From Monocercomonoides exilis PA203 (taxonomy: Eukaryota > Protista > Preaxostyla): DNA of 64,000 nt. Under the pieces are notes generated by a model. The model saw only the letters and a program-made list of their open reading frames with translations. It made no database searches and was not told the DNA's origin. Positions 13,011 through 28,785 of the stretch are shown here, in pieces (within the stretch, counting starts at the first letter, position 1; the number at the start of each line of letters is the position of its first letter). The translations under genes were made by a program, and so were the position numbers. The stretch lies in assembly GCA_001643675.2 (NCBI GenBank), contig LSRY02000008.1, positions 310,001 through 374,000 on the forward strand, given 5' to 3'.

Positions 13011-14803
13011 TTCAATTTTTATTAAAAAAACTGTGTAATTCTTTTTGAAAAGTCGTGATTAATTGAAATTTTGTCCCATCGCAGTTAATTATTTTTCATT
13101 CCGTTGCCATTATTCTCATGAAAAATTTCAACGTTCACTATGAAGTTTGCTTCTTCATTACAAACCTCTTTGGAAGAAAAAGACAATTTGAAATAAAAAT
13201 AATATTTCTATTTTTTGACCAAAATAAAAATTGAGAATTAATGATGAACATGTGATGTAATTTTTCGGTTTATCTTGTAATTGCTGATTCATGAAATTTT
13301 CATGGAATATTTCGATTCTTTACTGACAATTAGCAAGAGTTCTGATTATTGCTAAAGCTTAAATTTAGATAGAATATGAAAATGCTCAAAATGATAATCA
13401 ACAATTTGTGAAATCAAATATGGATCACACAAGTTCAAATGAACAAAATAATAATCAAAACCGATGGTTTGCAACTTGTTTTTTCCTTTTATATTTATAT
13501 TTATTGTGGATTTTTCATATTCACATTTTCAGCACTCTTTTCCAAACACAAAAGTCCGCACATTGATAAACGGGCTTCACTGCAGCGCTCACACCTCTGC
13601 TTTTGTCACTGGCTTCTTTATGCACACAATCAACAGTACCCAATCACTCTGTCTAACAATTTCTTCTCCTCCTTCCGAAACAATATCATTGAAAATTTAA
13701 CTCTGCTCGATGCAGATTCTCCTTCTCCAGAAACCTCAGCAACACTATTTTCTCTGCCTCCTGCGACATATTCGCTAAATCTCTTCGCTCTGGCTGTTCA
13801 GCAGCGTGCTCTACCACAAGTATCTAATGTCCTCCTTCTCGGATGCAGAAAATACAATGCCCTCGCATTGCTGCCTTCTCCCTCCACAATGCACACAAAC
13901 AGATACAGCTCAAAATCCAGATGGAAATGGCTCCGCTCAATTGGATCAGTTTGAAAAGAAGCAACGTGAAGATATAATTTCCTCTTCTCCTCCTTCGAAT
14001 GTTCCACCTGCAGTAACTTCGCAATTGGTGCTGTCTCTTCTTCTTCCTCAACACCACATTCACAACCATCTGCAAAAGAGCCACAAGAAGCAGAAGCAAA
14101 GCTAATGCTCATTTTCTGCTTCCATATTCAACAATTTCTTTGAACTGATCTGAACATCCACTGTTAAAGAGTTGTCAATCTGAAATGCTCTTCGAGGCAT
14201 AGCCCAAGCATTGCCCATCCTCTGTATTGCATTCGATTGCATCAACGTTCTCAGCATCAGCACTGCCAATGCACCTGCTCCTGCCGTCTCAACCATCCAC
14301 ATTGCCATTCTCCTACCCAACATCACCTCTCTTTCATCTGCTTCGTTTGCCTCATCTGCCATTTTGCTTATATTACACACACAAGATGACATGGCATCAG
14401 CCTAAGCTAGTCGTTGTTCCGGATATTGCATCCTCCTATTGCGCGCATGTCACTCAGCGGTACGACGTTGAAGACAATCTTCTGCATATCAAACAGAATC
14501 CCTTCTATTTTTTTTGAACAAGCTCCTTCAGCTTAACCGTCGTTGTCTCCTTCGTAACGCAAACTCAAATCACCTTCACTTCCATCGTTCTGATTCGAAT
14601 TTTCATCTTGTGACAAATCCCCTTCTTCGATGAATGCTTGCTCTAATACTGCTTTCCCCTTCCTCTTCCTTCTCCTCTCTTTTTTCTTCTTCCTCAAACA
14701 ACCCCTCAACATCCAATCCCGATTGATGTCCTGTCTCAGATACCTTCTTCTCTTCTTTCTTGTCTCTCGCTTGCGACTTCAGCTTCTCTTTCTGTCCTTT
14801 CTC

Positions 14804-14870
14804 CTCCTTCTCCTTCTCCTTCTCCTTCTCCTTCTCCTTCTCCTTCTCCTTCTCCTTCTCCTTCTCCTTC
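14804..14870. repeat. (TCCTTC)n microsatellite
   Basis: Perfect hexamer tandem array. Confidence 0.9.
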
Positions 14871-17306
14871 TCTTCCTCTTCCTCCTCTCCATCTCCATAC
14901 GACCCATATCCAATCAACGACGCACAGACACCACAAAGTGTCCTATTGAAAACTCACTTGGCTGCATCATTAGTGAATGTTGCATTTGATTCGCTCTGAA
15001 GACGCATGTTGAAACAAAATCCATTCGAACATCTCGTTCTGTTAACTACCGCGTATGTGAAGGATTATCTGAGTCATCTGCAGGGTCGTTTGCTTCGTCG
15101 TTTTCTTCGTCTTTTTCATCGTTTTCATCGTTTTCTTCAACTTCGCTCACTTCGCAGAAAGAATATGGAGAAGCAGATCGATGATGAAGGATATGAGAAG
15201 AAATCGAAGAAAAACGTGAAAAAGAAGAAGTATTAAATTGCTCAACTTTTAATTGAGGAAGAGCAGGCAAACCAGGCAAAGAAGAAGAAGAGGAGGAGGA
15301 GGAAGAAGAAGAAGAAGAAGAAGAAGAAGATTCAGATGCGTTTCTGTGAAAGTGACCTGTCTCTCTTTTCGGTTGGGCTGATTTTCTTGTCTTCTCTGTG
15401 TAACTATTTTCATTCTTTTGCCATCTTCTCCTTGTTTCATTCATCTGTGTTGGGTAAAAGGTTATTAACATTTTCCAATAAAAAAATCGCCAAAAGCGAT
15501 GTCTTTTCGAGCAATGCTCAAAAAGAGTGGATTTTGTTCAGATTCACTCAATTTTCGCTCATTCCGCATCCTGAAGAAGGCAGAAGATGAAGATAACGTA
15601 GAAGAAGATAATCAAATACAGCTATCAGCAATAAAATATGAAGAAGAAGAAGAGCAGATGTAGTGAATAAAATTCTTCTCTCTCTTTCTCTCTCTGTTGG
15701 CGTGGCTTGTGGTGAATTTGAACCAAATAAGAAGAAGTCAGCAGCATTTCCAGCAGAATATTCGGCAAAGTTAGAATCACCCAAATTAACAGCGCTTTCA
15801 GTAAAAACATTTTGTGTGTTGAATGAAACATCCATTGGCCATTGAAATGTTTCTGATGCAACTGGAGCACTAACAGATGGAATGACGTTGATGCAGATAA
15901 ATCTTCCTCAGATGGATTTTTCCTCATTAATTCCTGTTGAATTAGTTGAATGTGGAAATGTCGGTCGTTTCTTTGTCTTCTTCTATTTATTTTTAAACAA
16001 AAAAGTCTTCTTTGTCTGTTTGATTAGGACTCACAAATGAAAAAAATGAAAAACCATCTTAGAAAAGTTGATCATGTGACATCCAAATCGAAGTTCGAAG
16101 AAATGGTGTATCGCTGTTGCTGTTGTAGAAATTTTATTTTTCCTTTTTCTTCTTTAAAGCCCTCCAATCCCTGGTTCTTTCAACAGCCTGAATGAAAAAA
16201 TAATAATAACTTCAAAAATAAAAATGCATAAAAAAACCTTAAAAACATTTTTATAGGCAATTTTCTGTCTAATATTGAATTGGCAACTGTTCTCTTCAAT
16301 TCAATTTTTTTATTCCTTCCATTTTCAAGTGTTTCATCACCTGATTCGCTAATCGTCCTTTCCAGAAGTCATTTCTTCATCAAGTGCATCGATTTCAAGC
16401 TCTTTTGAAAAATGTGAGATTCATGCATTTTGCTCAAATTCCATCTTTCTCATTGAAAAATGTCCTGTTTTTCGTCTGAAAATATCATCTCCAATTCCCT
16501 TCCCAATCCCTTCATCCTGGGCACTTTCCATATGAATTCGCTGGCTCAACTCGATAGCCACCATGCACAACGAGATATCCCGCTTTCATTCATTTTCATT
16601 CATTTCCGCCTCCTGCCCTGAAAGAAACACAAAATACATCAATAGACAGATATTCATATATTGAAAAATTAATAAACAACAAACTGTTCTTCTTTTCTTT
16701 TTTGTTAACACACTCATTTCCATCATAAAAGGCATCAACAAAATCTCTTCAAGACATCAAAGGATTCATAATAACTTGTATTAACTCAAGTGGTTGCATT
16801 TATCATTGAATCAAAACATTTTCGAAATGGAAATGAATAAACCACTTTCAGAATGCAATAAAAAGCAAAAACCACTTTCTCAACTGCTTATGGGGATTAT
16901 TGAAATAATAAATAAGTGTTTGGCAACCGTTAAGGTCTTATGAAGCTTGGCTATCATCAAGTTCGGTAAAAATCACAAAAAATCGGAAAAAAGGTAGAAT
17001 ATATCAAAAGTTTGAAGCATTCAAGAAGATATTCTAATAATAATTATGGACAAACACAAACAATAAAAAAAGAGCAATAAACCCAAAGAAAAACTTCGTT
17101 TGCTGAATTTGGAATAATTATTGCGAGAAGAAAAACAATGCAATTGCTATATTGGGACAAACATCCGAATTTTCTCTCTGATATAATAATCCTCATTTTA
17201 ACCACAAATATTAGAAAAATTGTATTGCTGAATGATCAAGTTTTTCATTCCATAATTTATTTTTTGTTTTATTATTTTTTGGATCAAACTTAAAAAGCCA
17301 AGCAAA

Positions 17307-19760
17307 ATGGGCAATAACGCGGAAACAATGAATAAACAAAATATTAGATGCATATTCACAAGTGCGATGCGATGGATTATGGAGTTCAAAACCGAACCAC
17401 CTGAGAAAATAAGACATAAAAATACGATTGCTGATTGGTTTGGAAATACGATGGCTATGTTGTGGATTCAATTTGTTCAAACAGAACCACCAGAATGGAT
17501 GAGACACGACATTGCACTTGGAAATAAGAAAGGAGAGACAATGGTCATGATATGGATTCAAGATGTCAAGACAGAACCTCCAGAATGGATGAGACATAGA
17601 ATTGCGCTTGCTGATAAGAATGGATATACAATGGCCATGTGGTGGATTAAATCTGTGAAGACAGAACCTCCAGAGTGGATGCGACATAGCATTCCATTGC
17701 ACACCATTTATGGCGAAACAATGGCTATGCTATGGATTCGGTTTGTTCAAACCGATCCACCGAAATGGATGAGACACGATATTTCACTTGCTGATAAAGA
17801 TGGAATGACAATGGCAATGTATTGGATTCAGTTTATTGAAAAGGAGCCACCAGAATGGATGAGGCATGACATTACACTTGACAATAAGGACGGATTCACA
17901 ATGGCTATGCATTGGATTCACTTTGTCGAGACAGAGCCACCAGAATGGATGAGACACGATGCAACACTTAAAGATTCTGATGGATGGACAATGGCCATGC
18001 TGTGGATTCGGTTTGTCCATTCAGAACCGCCAGAATGGATGAGACATGACATTACACTTAGTAACAATTTTGGTGAAACAATGGCGATGAGGTGGATTAA
18101 TAATGTCAAGACAGAGCCACCAGAATGGATGAGACATGACAAGGAGCTTGCAGACATTGATGAATGTACAATGGCCATGTGGTGGATTCAGTTTGTTCGA
18201 ACAGAACCTCCAGAATGGATGAGGCATGACAAGGAGCTTACAGACATTGATGAATGTACAATGGCCATGTGGTGGATAAGGGAAGTCAAGACAGAACCAC
18301 CGGGATGGATGAGGCATCGCAATTCTCTTGAAGACAAGGAAGGAAATACGATGGCAATGAAGTGGATTCAATTTGTGAAGAAAGATCCACCAATGTGGAT
18401 GAGACACGATATTACACTTGGTGATAAGAAAGGAGAAACAATGGCTATGATATGGATTCAAATTGTTCAAACCGATCCACCGAAATGGATGAGGCATTGC
18501 AATTCACTTGAAGACGAGAACGGAAGGACAATGGCAGATTATTGGAAAATATATGTTAAAACTGAATTACCGAAATGGATGACATTTGATGATACATTGA
18601 AAGATGAAAATGGACAAACAGCGGGAATGAGATGGATCATTGAGAACAAGACAGAACCACCGGGATGGATGAGACACGACAACACGCTTGCCGATAAGTT
18701 TGGACGAACAATGGCCATGCTGTGGATTAAATATGTGAAGACAGAGCCACCAGTCTGGATGAGGCACGACATTGCGCTTCGCAATAGCGGAGGAGAGACA
18801 ATATCAATGCTATGGATTATGGAGACAAAATCTGAACCACCAGAATGGATGAGACATGACAAGGTGCTTGCAGACATGGACGGGTGGACAATGGCCATGA
18901 CGTGGATCATTCACGTCGGAAAAGAGCCACCTGATTGGATGAGGCACGATGCAGAGCTTTCTGATAAGAGTGGAAGGACAATGGCAATGCATTGGATAAG
19001 ACATGCAAAGACAGAACCGCCAGAACGGATCAGACATAACATTACGCTTTGTAATAAAGAAGGATTAACAATAGCCATGTACTGGATTTGGTGCGTGAAA
19101 ACAGAACCACCAGAATGGATGAGACACGATATTAAACTTGCCAATAAGAATGAATGGACGATGGCAATGAAATGGATTCAAGAAGTCAAAACAGAGCCAC
19201 CTGAGTGGATGAGACATGATGCAACATTAGGGAATATCAATGGAAATACGATGGCCATGTTGTGGATTCAGGTTGTGAAGACAGAACCACCAGTCTGGAT
19301 GAGGCACGACATCATACTCTGTGACAAATATGGATCAACAATGTCCATGTACTGGATTGAATATGTCAAAACAGAACCGCCGGAATGGATGAGACATGAA
19401 ATAACGCGCAAAGATAACGATGGTGAAACAATGGCGATGCTGTGGATTAAATATGCGAAGACAGATCCTCCGGAATGGATGAGGCATGAAGCTTCATTTG
19501 CTGATAAAGAAGGATTAACAATGGTAATGCATTGGATTAAAAACATCAAAGCAGAGCCGCCAGAATATATGAGACATAGAATTGCGCTTGCTGACAGGGA
19601 TGGAAGGACAATGGCGATGTGGTGGATAAGGGAAGTCAAGACAGAGCCACCGGAGTGGATGAGACATTACAATTCACTTAAAGACAAGAGTGGAATGACA
19701 ATGTCAGATCTCTGGAAATATTTCATTGAGACTGAGCCACCACTTTGGATGAAAGGTTGA
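17307..19760 (+). CDS. 30-aa Met/Trp-rich ankyrin-like repeat protein, copy 2 (27 units, 817 aa)
   Basis: Intronless open ORF starting MGNNAET. Exact 90-bp period from 17361 to 19701 with no indels. Confidence 0.92.
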   Translation: MGNNAETMNKQNIRCIFTSAMRWIMEFKTEPPEKIRHKNTIADWFGNTMAMLWIQFVQTEPPEWMRHDIALGNKKGETMVMIWIQDVKTEPPEWMRHRIALADKNGYTMAMWWIKSVKTEPPEWMRHSIPLHTIYGETMAMLWIRFVQTDPPKWMRHDISLADKDGMTMAMYWIQFIEKEPPEWMRHDITLDNKDGFTMAMHWIHFVETEPPEWMRHDATLKDSDGWTMAMLWIRFVHSEPPEWMRHDITLSNNFGETMAMRWINNVKTEPPEWMRHDKELADIDECTMAMWWIQFVRTEPPEWMRHDKELTDIDECTMAMWWIREVKTEPPGWMRHRNSLEDKEGNTMAMKWIQFVKKDPPMWMRHDITLGDKKGETMAMIWIQIVQTDPPKWMRHCNSLEDENGRTMADYWKIYVKTELPKWMTFDDTLKDENGQTAGMRWIIENKTEPPGWMRHDNTLADKFGRTMAMLWIKYVKTEPPVWMRHDIALRNSGGETISMLWIMETKSEPPEWMRHDKVLADMDGWTMAMTWIIHVGKEPPDWMRHDAELSDKSGRTMAMHWIRHAKTEPPERIRHNITLCNKEGLTIAMYWIWCVKTEPPEWMRHDIKLANKNEWTMAMKWIQEVKTEPPEWMRHDATLGNINGNTMAMLWIQVVKTEPPVWMRHDIILCDKYGSTMSMYWIEYVKTEPPEWMRHEITRKDNDGETMAMLWIKYAKTDPPEWMRHEASFADKEGLTMVMHWIKNIKAEPPEYMRHRIALADRDGRTMAMWWIREVKTEPPEWMRHYNSLKDKSGMTMSDLWKYFIETEPPLWMKG

Positions 19761-21250
19761 ATTTATCAATTCATGTGTTAGTTTTAGGATATTGAAAACA
19801 TTTTCGATGTTTGTTCGAATAAACATTTGATCAAATCATCGAACTTAAGTTCCGTTGCAATTACACAGAATCCATGTTGCATTTCATGTTCCTCTCTCTT
19901 CTCATTTTTGTATCTTCATATGCATCGATATGAGATCGGACTCACTTCAATGTATTTCCATTTCAATCTCTTTCCTCTTATCCACATTTGTCTTATCATC
20001 TCATTCAACAATAAATGATTCACACTTCAATCTTTTAATAATTATTTTTATAATAATAATTACTATTATTTTATTCGTTGTTGTTGTATTTATTGATGCT
20101 GCTGTTTGTTTATCAAAATTAATACACCAAAAATTATTCAATTTCAATATTAATATTTCAACTTCGAATAAAATTTTAATTTCACAGTATTTTTCAGCTT
20201 TTTTTGTTGATGAATATAATAAAAATACAAGCTATCGTTCAATTAATGACACACTGTCACCATAATAATAATTATTATTTGGTAGAAAAAAATAACTTTT
20301 CTATTATTTGAAGATATTATTAATTACAATTATCGACAATCTGATGACATATTAAAAATGAATATTTCATTCTTTTTGAATAACCTCATGATAAAAACTT
20401 TTCGTTGAAGAACACAAAAAGGAAAAAAAGTGAAAGAAGTCTTTGTGTATCATTAATAATTGTTGTTACTTATATCAATATCATTTATTATCACATTTTT
20501 TCCTGAAAATGAGTTTCATTCATTTTTGGATTTTCTTTATTCAAAAATTACGAAAACTACAAAATCGATCATTTTTCTTCAATAAAATGCATGAGATAGA
20601 AAATTTTGAAACAAAGTCTTTTGTTGATATAATGGTGATTATTTTTGGAAAAAAATTTTATTTCTTAAATTTTTTTCAAATGGTGAGAAATATGGTCTTT
20701 CAAGCTTTTTATGAACAAAGTATGAAAATATTATTTAACTTATAACATTTTGAAACTTAACCAGATTTCAAAATGAATTTAATTTTCTTATCTGGGGTTA
20801 AAAATTTTGCTTCATGCTTTTTCATTGAAAAAATTGCTCTTTTTATTGACTTTTTGTGATAAAAAAGTCTCAATAAAAATGTGTCCATTTTTTGACATTC
20901 GTGAAATGTTGGAAAACTTAATGTTTTGATTACAACGATGCCTGTTTTCAAATTTGAAAACCAAATTTCTTTAGAAATCTGAGAAAGAAAAATAAAGTTA
21001 TGAGTGAAGCAATTTTTTCTTGCTTTGTGCATAAAAAGCTTGAAAGTCCGTATTTTCCCCCATCTGCAAATAAACATCATTGATATTATATCATTATGTT
21101 TTGTGACATGCAAAGTATTTTAAAATATTAACCCATTTATTTCAAATTTTTTGATCACAAAAAGTTCATCTGAGATGCATAATTTTTCAATGAAAATGCC
21201 TGAAGTCAAATTATTTGTCCCAAATGTAATATTTCTTTGGAGACGAATTG

Positions 21251-21821
21251 GGACAGAATTCTTGCATTTGTGAAAAAATAAATGATTTGTTCCAAACTTT
21301 TTCTACAATCGTATTATTACACTTCTGACATTCTCGTGCAAAAAAAAATATATAAAATTTAAAAAGTTGAAAATAGTCTTTGAAAGAACTGTGTGGAACT
21401 ATATTCACAAAGAAATAAATTTTGTCCCATATGGCTGATCCTTTTTGAAATCACACTTTCGTTCGAGTTTTGATCAAAAATTTAATCTCAATGGTATTTT
21501 GAAAAAATGAACTTAAACTGTTTATACATGTTGTTCATGATGTTGTTATCGCAGAAACAAATTTTTTTTCAAAAATCCAATTGAGATAAAAATTTTGATC
21601 AAAACTCGAACAAAAGTTTGATTTCAAAAAGGGTCAGCCATATGGGACAAAATTTATTTCTTTGTGAATATAGTTCCACACAGTTCTTTCAAAGACTATT
21701 TTCAACTTTTTAAATTTTATATATTTTTTTTTGCACGAGAATGTCAGAAGTGTAATAATACGATTGTAGAAAAAGTTTGGAACAAATCATTTATTTTTTC
21801 ATATATGCAAGAATTCTGTCC
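21251..21821. repeat. Long near-perfect palindrome (arms ~255 bp, spacer ~55 bp), foldback/MITE-like
   Basis: 21251-21507 is the reverse complement of ~21563-21821. The ORF track gives nearly the same 65-aa peptide on both strands. Ends GGACAG...CTGTCC. No clear TSD. Confidence 0.9.
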
Positions 21822-22329
21822 TGCACATAAAAAAAGATCAAAAATTGAAAAAATAAAATAAAATGAGGTTTTTATTGATCAGTGAACAAGTACTGATTTT
21901 TCATGAGTATTTAGTTCGTATTGACGAGACATTTATTTGTTTTATTTATTTATGAAAAAAAGCATAACTTTATAATGTTTCAAGTTAAAAAGAATTTTTT
22001 GATCAAGTTTTTTAAAAAAAAAATTGAAAAATCTATCTTTAAAATAAAAATTGAAGTTTCCAGACCTGCAAAACAATTCCAATAATTGGAAAATAAAATA
22101 TTGAAAAGAAAAAAAATTATGAAGAAGAACAAAGAAGAAGAAAAGAAAACAAAATTTTTGAAACCAATTTATCAATAATAGTTATTTATCTTTTTTCCCC
22201 TCACCTTTGTATAGCCAACAAATCTCCATTCCTTTTATTCGATTCATCGGATTCATCAAACGTTAAACGAAATCGTGGAACATTTGATAAAGCCAAGTTC
22301 AACAGCTAACTTTCCCTCATTGCCCAGAA

Positions 22330-22525
22330 CAAAATCGTTGCCAGCAATGGAACTGATGCCGATGCCTGTGGCAGACACCAACAGACCCCATGTGCCACCA
22401 TCGAGTATGCCCTCAACGGATTCATTTCCCTCCTCCAAGACGCCTCTTTCACCATCCTTTCCTCAACATTTGATCCAACTCAAACACTCACTTTCAGCGT
22501 AGCTGAATCAAAAATCACTGGAAAT
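22330..22525 (+). pseudogene. Fragment of beta-helix surface-protein-like family (G.D...CG....PC.TI.YA motif)
   Basis: Translates as VASNGTDADACGRHQQTPCATIEYALNG. Upstream in-frame stop, isolated fragment. Confidence 0.5.
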
Positions 22526-23320
22526 GATATACTTTCTCATAATTTTCACAACTATTTCTTCCAATTCTGATAATTTTCCATATCATGTATATATTCATGA
22601 ACTTTCATATCACTTTCAACTGAAGCACATATCATTGCTTGTTTTTCAAAAATCCTTAACGTCAGCTCAAATAAAAACACTTCTTATTCATTTCTTCATT
22701 TATTTTCTCTTCTGAATCAAATGCAAATTACGTTCGTTGCTTTGAGGAATCATATGTTTTCCTTTTTTTCAAAATGAATTTATGCAAATTAGAAGGCTTT
22801 TCTTAAATGTCTGTTTCCTCATCTTTCCATTTCAATTTGTCTATCTGCCATTCGCTCCATTTTTTATGGAATAGCACTTCAAATATTGATTTTCCATAAA
22901 TAGGTTTATCTCCTCACTATTTCATCTTCCGCAACTTTTTGAAGGTGCACGATGTTGTGAAATCTCTCGAAAACAATCCCTGCAACTGTTTGTTCAAAGA
23001 AAAAATTTCCCGCCTTGTTTTTTCTGTTTCCTGAAATTCTTTCAATCTCAAAATGAAAAAGTCAGAATCGATATTCTTGTTGATTTCGTGCCTTCTGATC
23101 AGCTTTTCTTGGTTTTATATAGTTCTCTCTATTTCATATAACTTCAGCTGGCATTCTATGTTAGAAGAAATGATTATCTTTGCTTCTGAATAGGAATGAA
23201 AGACGAGACCTGATGATGAATTCGAGGGGAATTGAATGAAAGAGAAGGAGACGAAGACAGAGTAGGAAGTTAGAGTGGAGGAAGAGAGCCAGGAGCAGCA
23301 GGACAAGCAGAAGATAGAAG

Positions 23321-26306
<2,986 letters not shown>

Positions 26307-26359
26307 TCCATTTCCATTCGCCGAATTCTCTTCTTTCGATTAGCTGCATCAAATCATCT

Positions 26360-28785
26360 TGCTTTTTCTTATACAATCCTCAGAGACATTTATTGTCCAC
26401 TCTCCCTCTTGCTCCACATCACACAATTCTCTTATCCGCCCGATCTTCCCAACAACAAAGAACAACGACAAAAGCTGGCTGTACAAGTTCCTCCCTGCCG
26501 AAACAGCAGAATGTGACATCTACAGCACCATCAGCAGAAAATACGTGTTTCTCCCCGCAGCTTTCAAGACAACCGCAGTCAGATAAGTCAACAGCTCAAG
26601 CACATCATAATACCAGCTGGAGATGTTTGCAACCAGAGCGCGTACACTTTCCCTGTAAAACTCCACATCGCACTGACTTCTGCACAGCTCCCTTTGCCTC
26701 TCCTCCACCGCCTCCTGCACTCCAAACACCGTGATCGTTGCCGCTCCTTCCACACACTACTTGAAAAAGTACCCTGATCCGCTTCGGGCAGCAACCAACG
26801 ATCGGTAAATGCGGCGCTTTGCGATGGACGTTGAATGGCTGATCAGTGCCATCGCACTCGTTGCCAGCACAACAGGCAGCAGAAGAGCCGGCATCGCTGA
26901 ATGTATCTCCACCAGTGCCGAGGGCAGCTTCGCGAGGGAGGAGGCAGTGGCAGTGAAGGAGTGGAGCACGCTGTAGCTGATGGGGTTCACTCCATTCAGT
27001 TTTTTGTTCAACATTCTGGAGGATGTGGTGTCGAAGAAGCTCATCTTTGCGTGGAAGAGCTTTGTGTACATGTCTGTTTTGATAGCATGGGCAGACTGCT
27101 GCTGAAAGTGGTTGCTCAGCAGACGCACCGTAATCTTGCTGAACGAGGAGAAGAGACTCGTTGTGATGAAGAGGAAGAACAAGATATCTGATGAAAGATT
27201 GAAACGGCTCAGAAATGAGAACAGAAACATTTGCTTCTTCTGCTTCTGCTTTTTGCGTTTGAAGGCGTTTTTCTGAGGTGAATGTTTGGATGCTCTTGCT
27301 TTGGAATTATCTCCATTTTTGGATCTAATTTCTTTAGATGATGATGATGATATCATTGAATCATTCAATGAAGATTCATTCAATGTATCTTTTAAATTCC
27401 TTCCTCTTTCCTTCTCCTCCCACCCTCTCTTTTCTCCTCCAAGTCCATTGAGTGTCCTGTTCATCTGCTCCATCTGTGCATCTTTCGCAGTCCACATGTT
27501 GAGAACAGCGCACTGCCCATTCTGAGCAACGTTGCTCAGCACAATCTCCAGCAGCTCCAAGAACAGCAGAAAAAACGATGCATGCTTGAAATACCACAAA
27601 ACAGAGGTGAGAGATACAGAATCAGCCTCCATGTCAATGGACTCCTTCAGATGCCCCAGTTCAGAGGGAGAAGGAGAAGGAGAGGAGGAAGAGGAAGAGG
27701 AAGAGGAAGAGGAAGAGGAAGAGGAAGAAGAGGATGGAGAAGGAGAAAGAGAAACAGGAGTTTGAATGATTGAAGAAGAAGAAGAAGATAAATGTGAAGG
27801 TGAATGTGAAATGGGTGAAATGGGTGGAGACGGTGAAGTGTTTGAGTGAGTCAAGTTGAATGGAGAAGAAGAAGAAGATGATGATGATGGAGAAGGAATG
27901 TCATTTGCATCTTTAATCTTCTTCTCACAATTGTTTTCGAAATTATCTCCCAATATTTCTCTTTCTTTTCACTTCTTCCTCTTCTTCCTCTTCTCCTCCT
28001 CCTTTCCTTCCTTCCTTCTTTTCCTTCACCATCACCACCATCTCCTTCACAGTCCCCTTAAACTCCTCCGCCACGCCTATCTTTCTGATCCTCCCGTCCT
28101 CTTCCATCGCGATGGCTGTGTCAAAATTAGCCAAATATTTCGTGTGATGTGTCGCTAACAAGACGGTCTTCCCCTTCAGCATCTGGTTGATGCATTTGAT
28201 AAACAGCGTCAACTTAACATTGCTCGTTAAACTCTTGCCAAAATGTCATCAAACACAAACATCTCAGCCGATGAATAGACTGCCCTCGCCAGAGCTATCC
28301 TCATTCGCTACCTACCCAACAGGTTGTATCCTCTTTTGCCCACTTCTGCTTCGTATCCGCCAGGAAGAATGGCCAAGTTTTGTTCCAGACAACATGCTTG
28401 AATGACACGAGTGTAGCGGACGGGGTCGAAGGAAGTGTGGAAGAGAATGTTGGATTTGATGGTATCTTTGAAGATGAAGGGAATCTGTGATTGAAATGAT
28501 GGACGAACAGATTTGTGATGTATATTAGAAGGAGAATAAAAAACTTAAATATAATCAGAAAAAGAAATGATAAATATAATGTTTATAAGAGATAAAGTTA
28601 TTAAAATAATAATAATAAATCATTTATTTTCATTTTTATTCATCTTAACTTACTCACATGAGGCACATAAGCCACCGTCCCCTTCAAATAACCTTTCCCT
28701 TCCAAACAGATAGTCTATCCCAGAATCAACACAGGCAGTACTGATTTGCCACAGCCAAAATGATCGAAGATAATTGTATGTAAAC
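26360..28785 (-). pseudogene. Truncated ABCC/MRP-type ABC transporter pseudogene (NBD1 + TMD2 only)
   Basis: FGCGKS (degenerate Walker A), GTVAYVPH followed by an intron, TIKSNILF, ACCLEQNLAILPGG, EVGKRGYNLLGR*RMRIALARAVY, FVFDD, KGKTVLLATH, AKMSFFDTT. In-frame stops and a frameshift. TMD1 and NBD2 not found. Confidence 0.85.

Noticed and set aside
13066-17160. TTGTCCCA...TGGGACAA as TIRs of another cargo element
   Set aside because: The match is only ~9 bp and no TSD was found.
10925-19639. Many minus-strand ORFs with SHPFWW or CLIHSGGSV repeats
   Set aside because: Antisense shadows of the repeat genes. The same applies at 46545-48596 and to minus-strand ORFs over dynein.
17361-19740. CRISPR-like array (conserved words alternating with variable stretches at a fixed period)
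   Set aside because: The period is 90 bp in one open frame with synonymous variation. It is a protein repeat in a eukaryote, with no cas genes.
28300-28720. TAA/TAG reassigned to Gln (TAG at the Q of the ABC signature; most intact ORFs end in TGA)
   Set aside because: I saw no in-frame TAR in the 6.4-kb dynein exon or the repeat genes. Another TAG falls at a position that is usually Glu, and the ABCC copy is frameshifted anyway.
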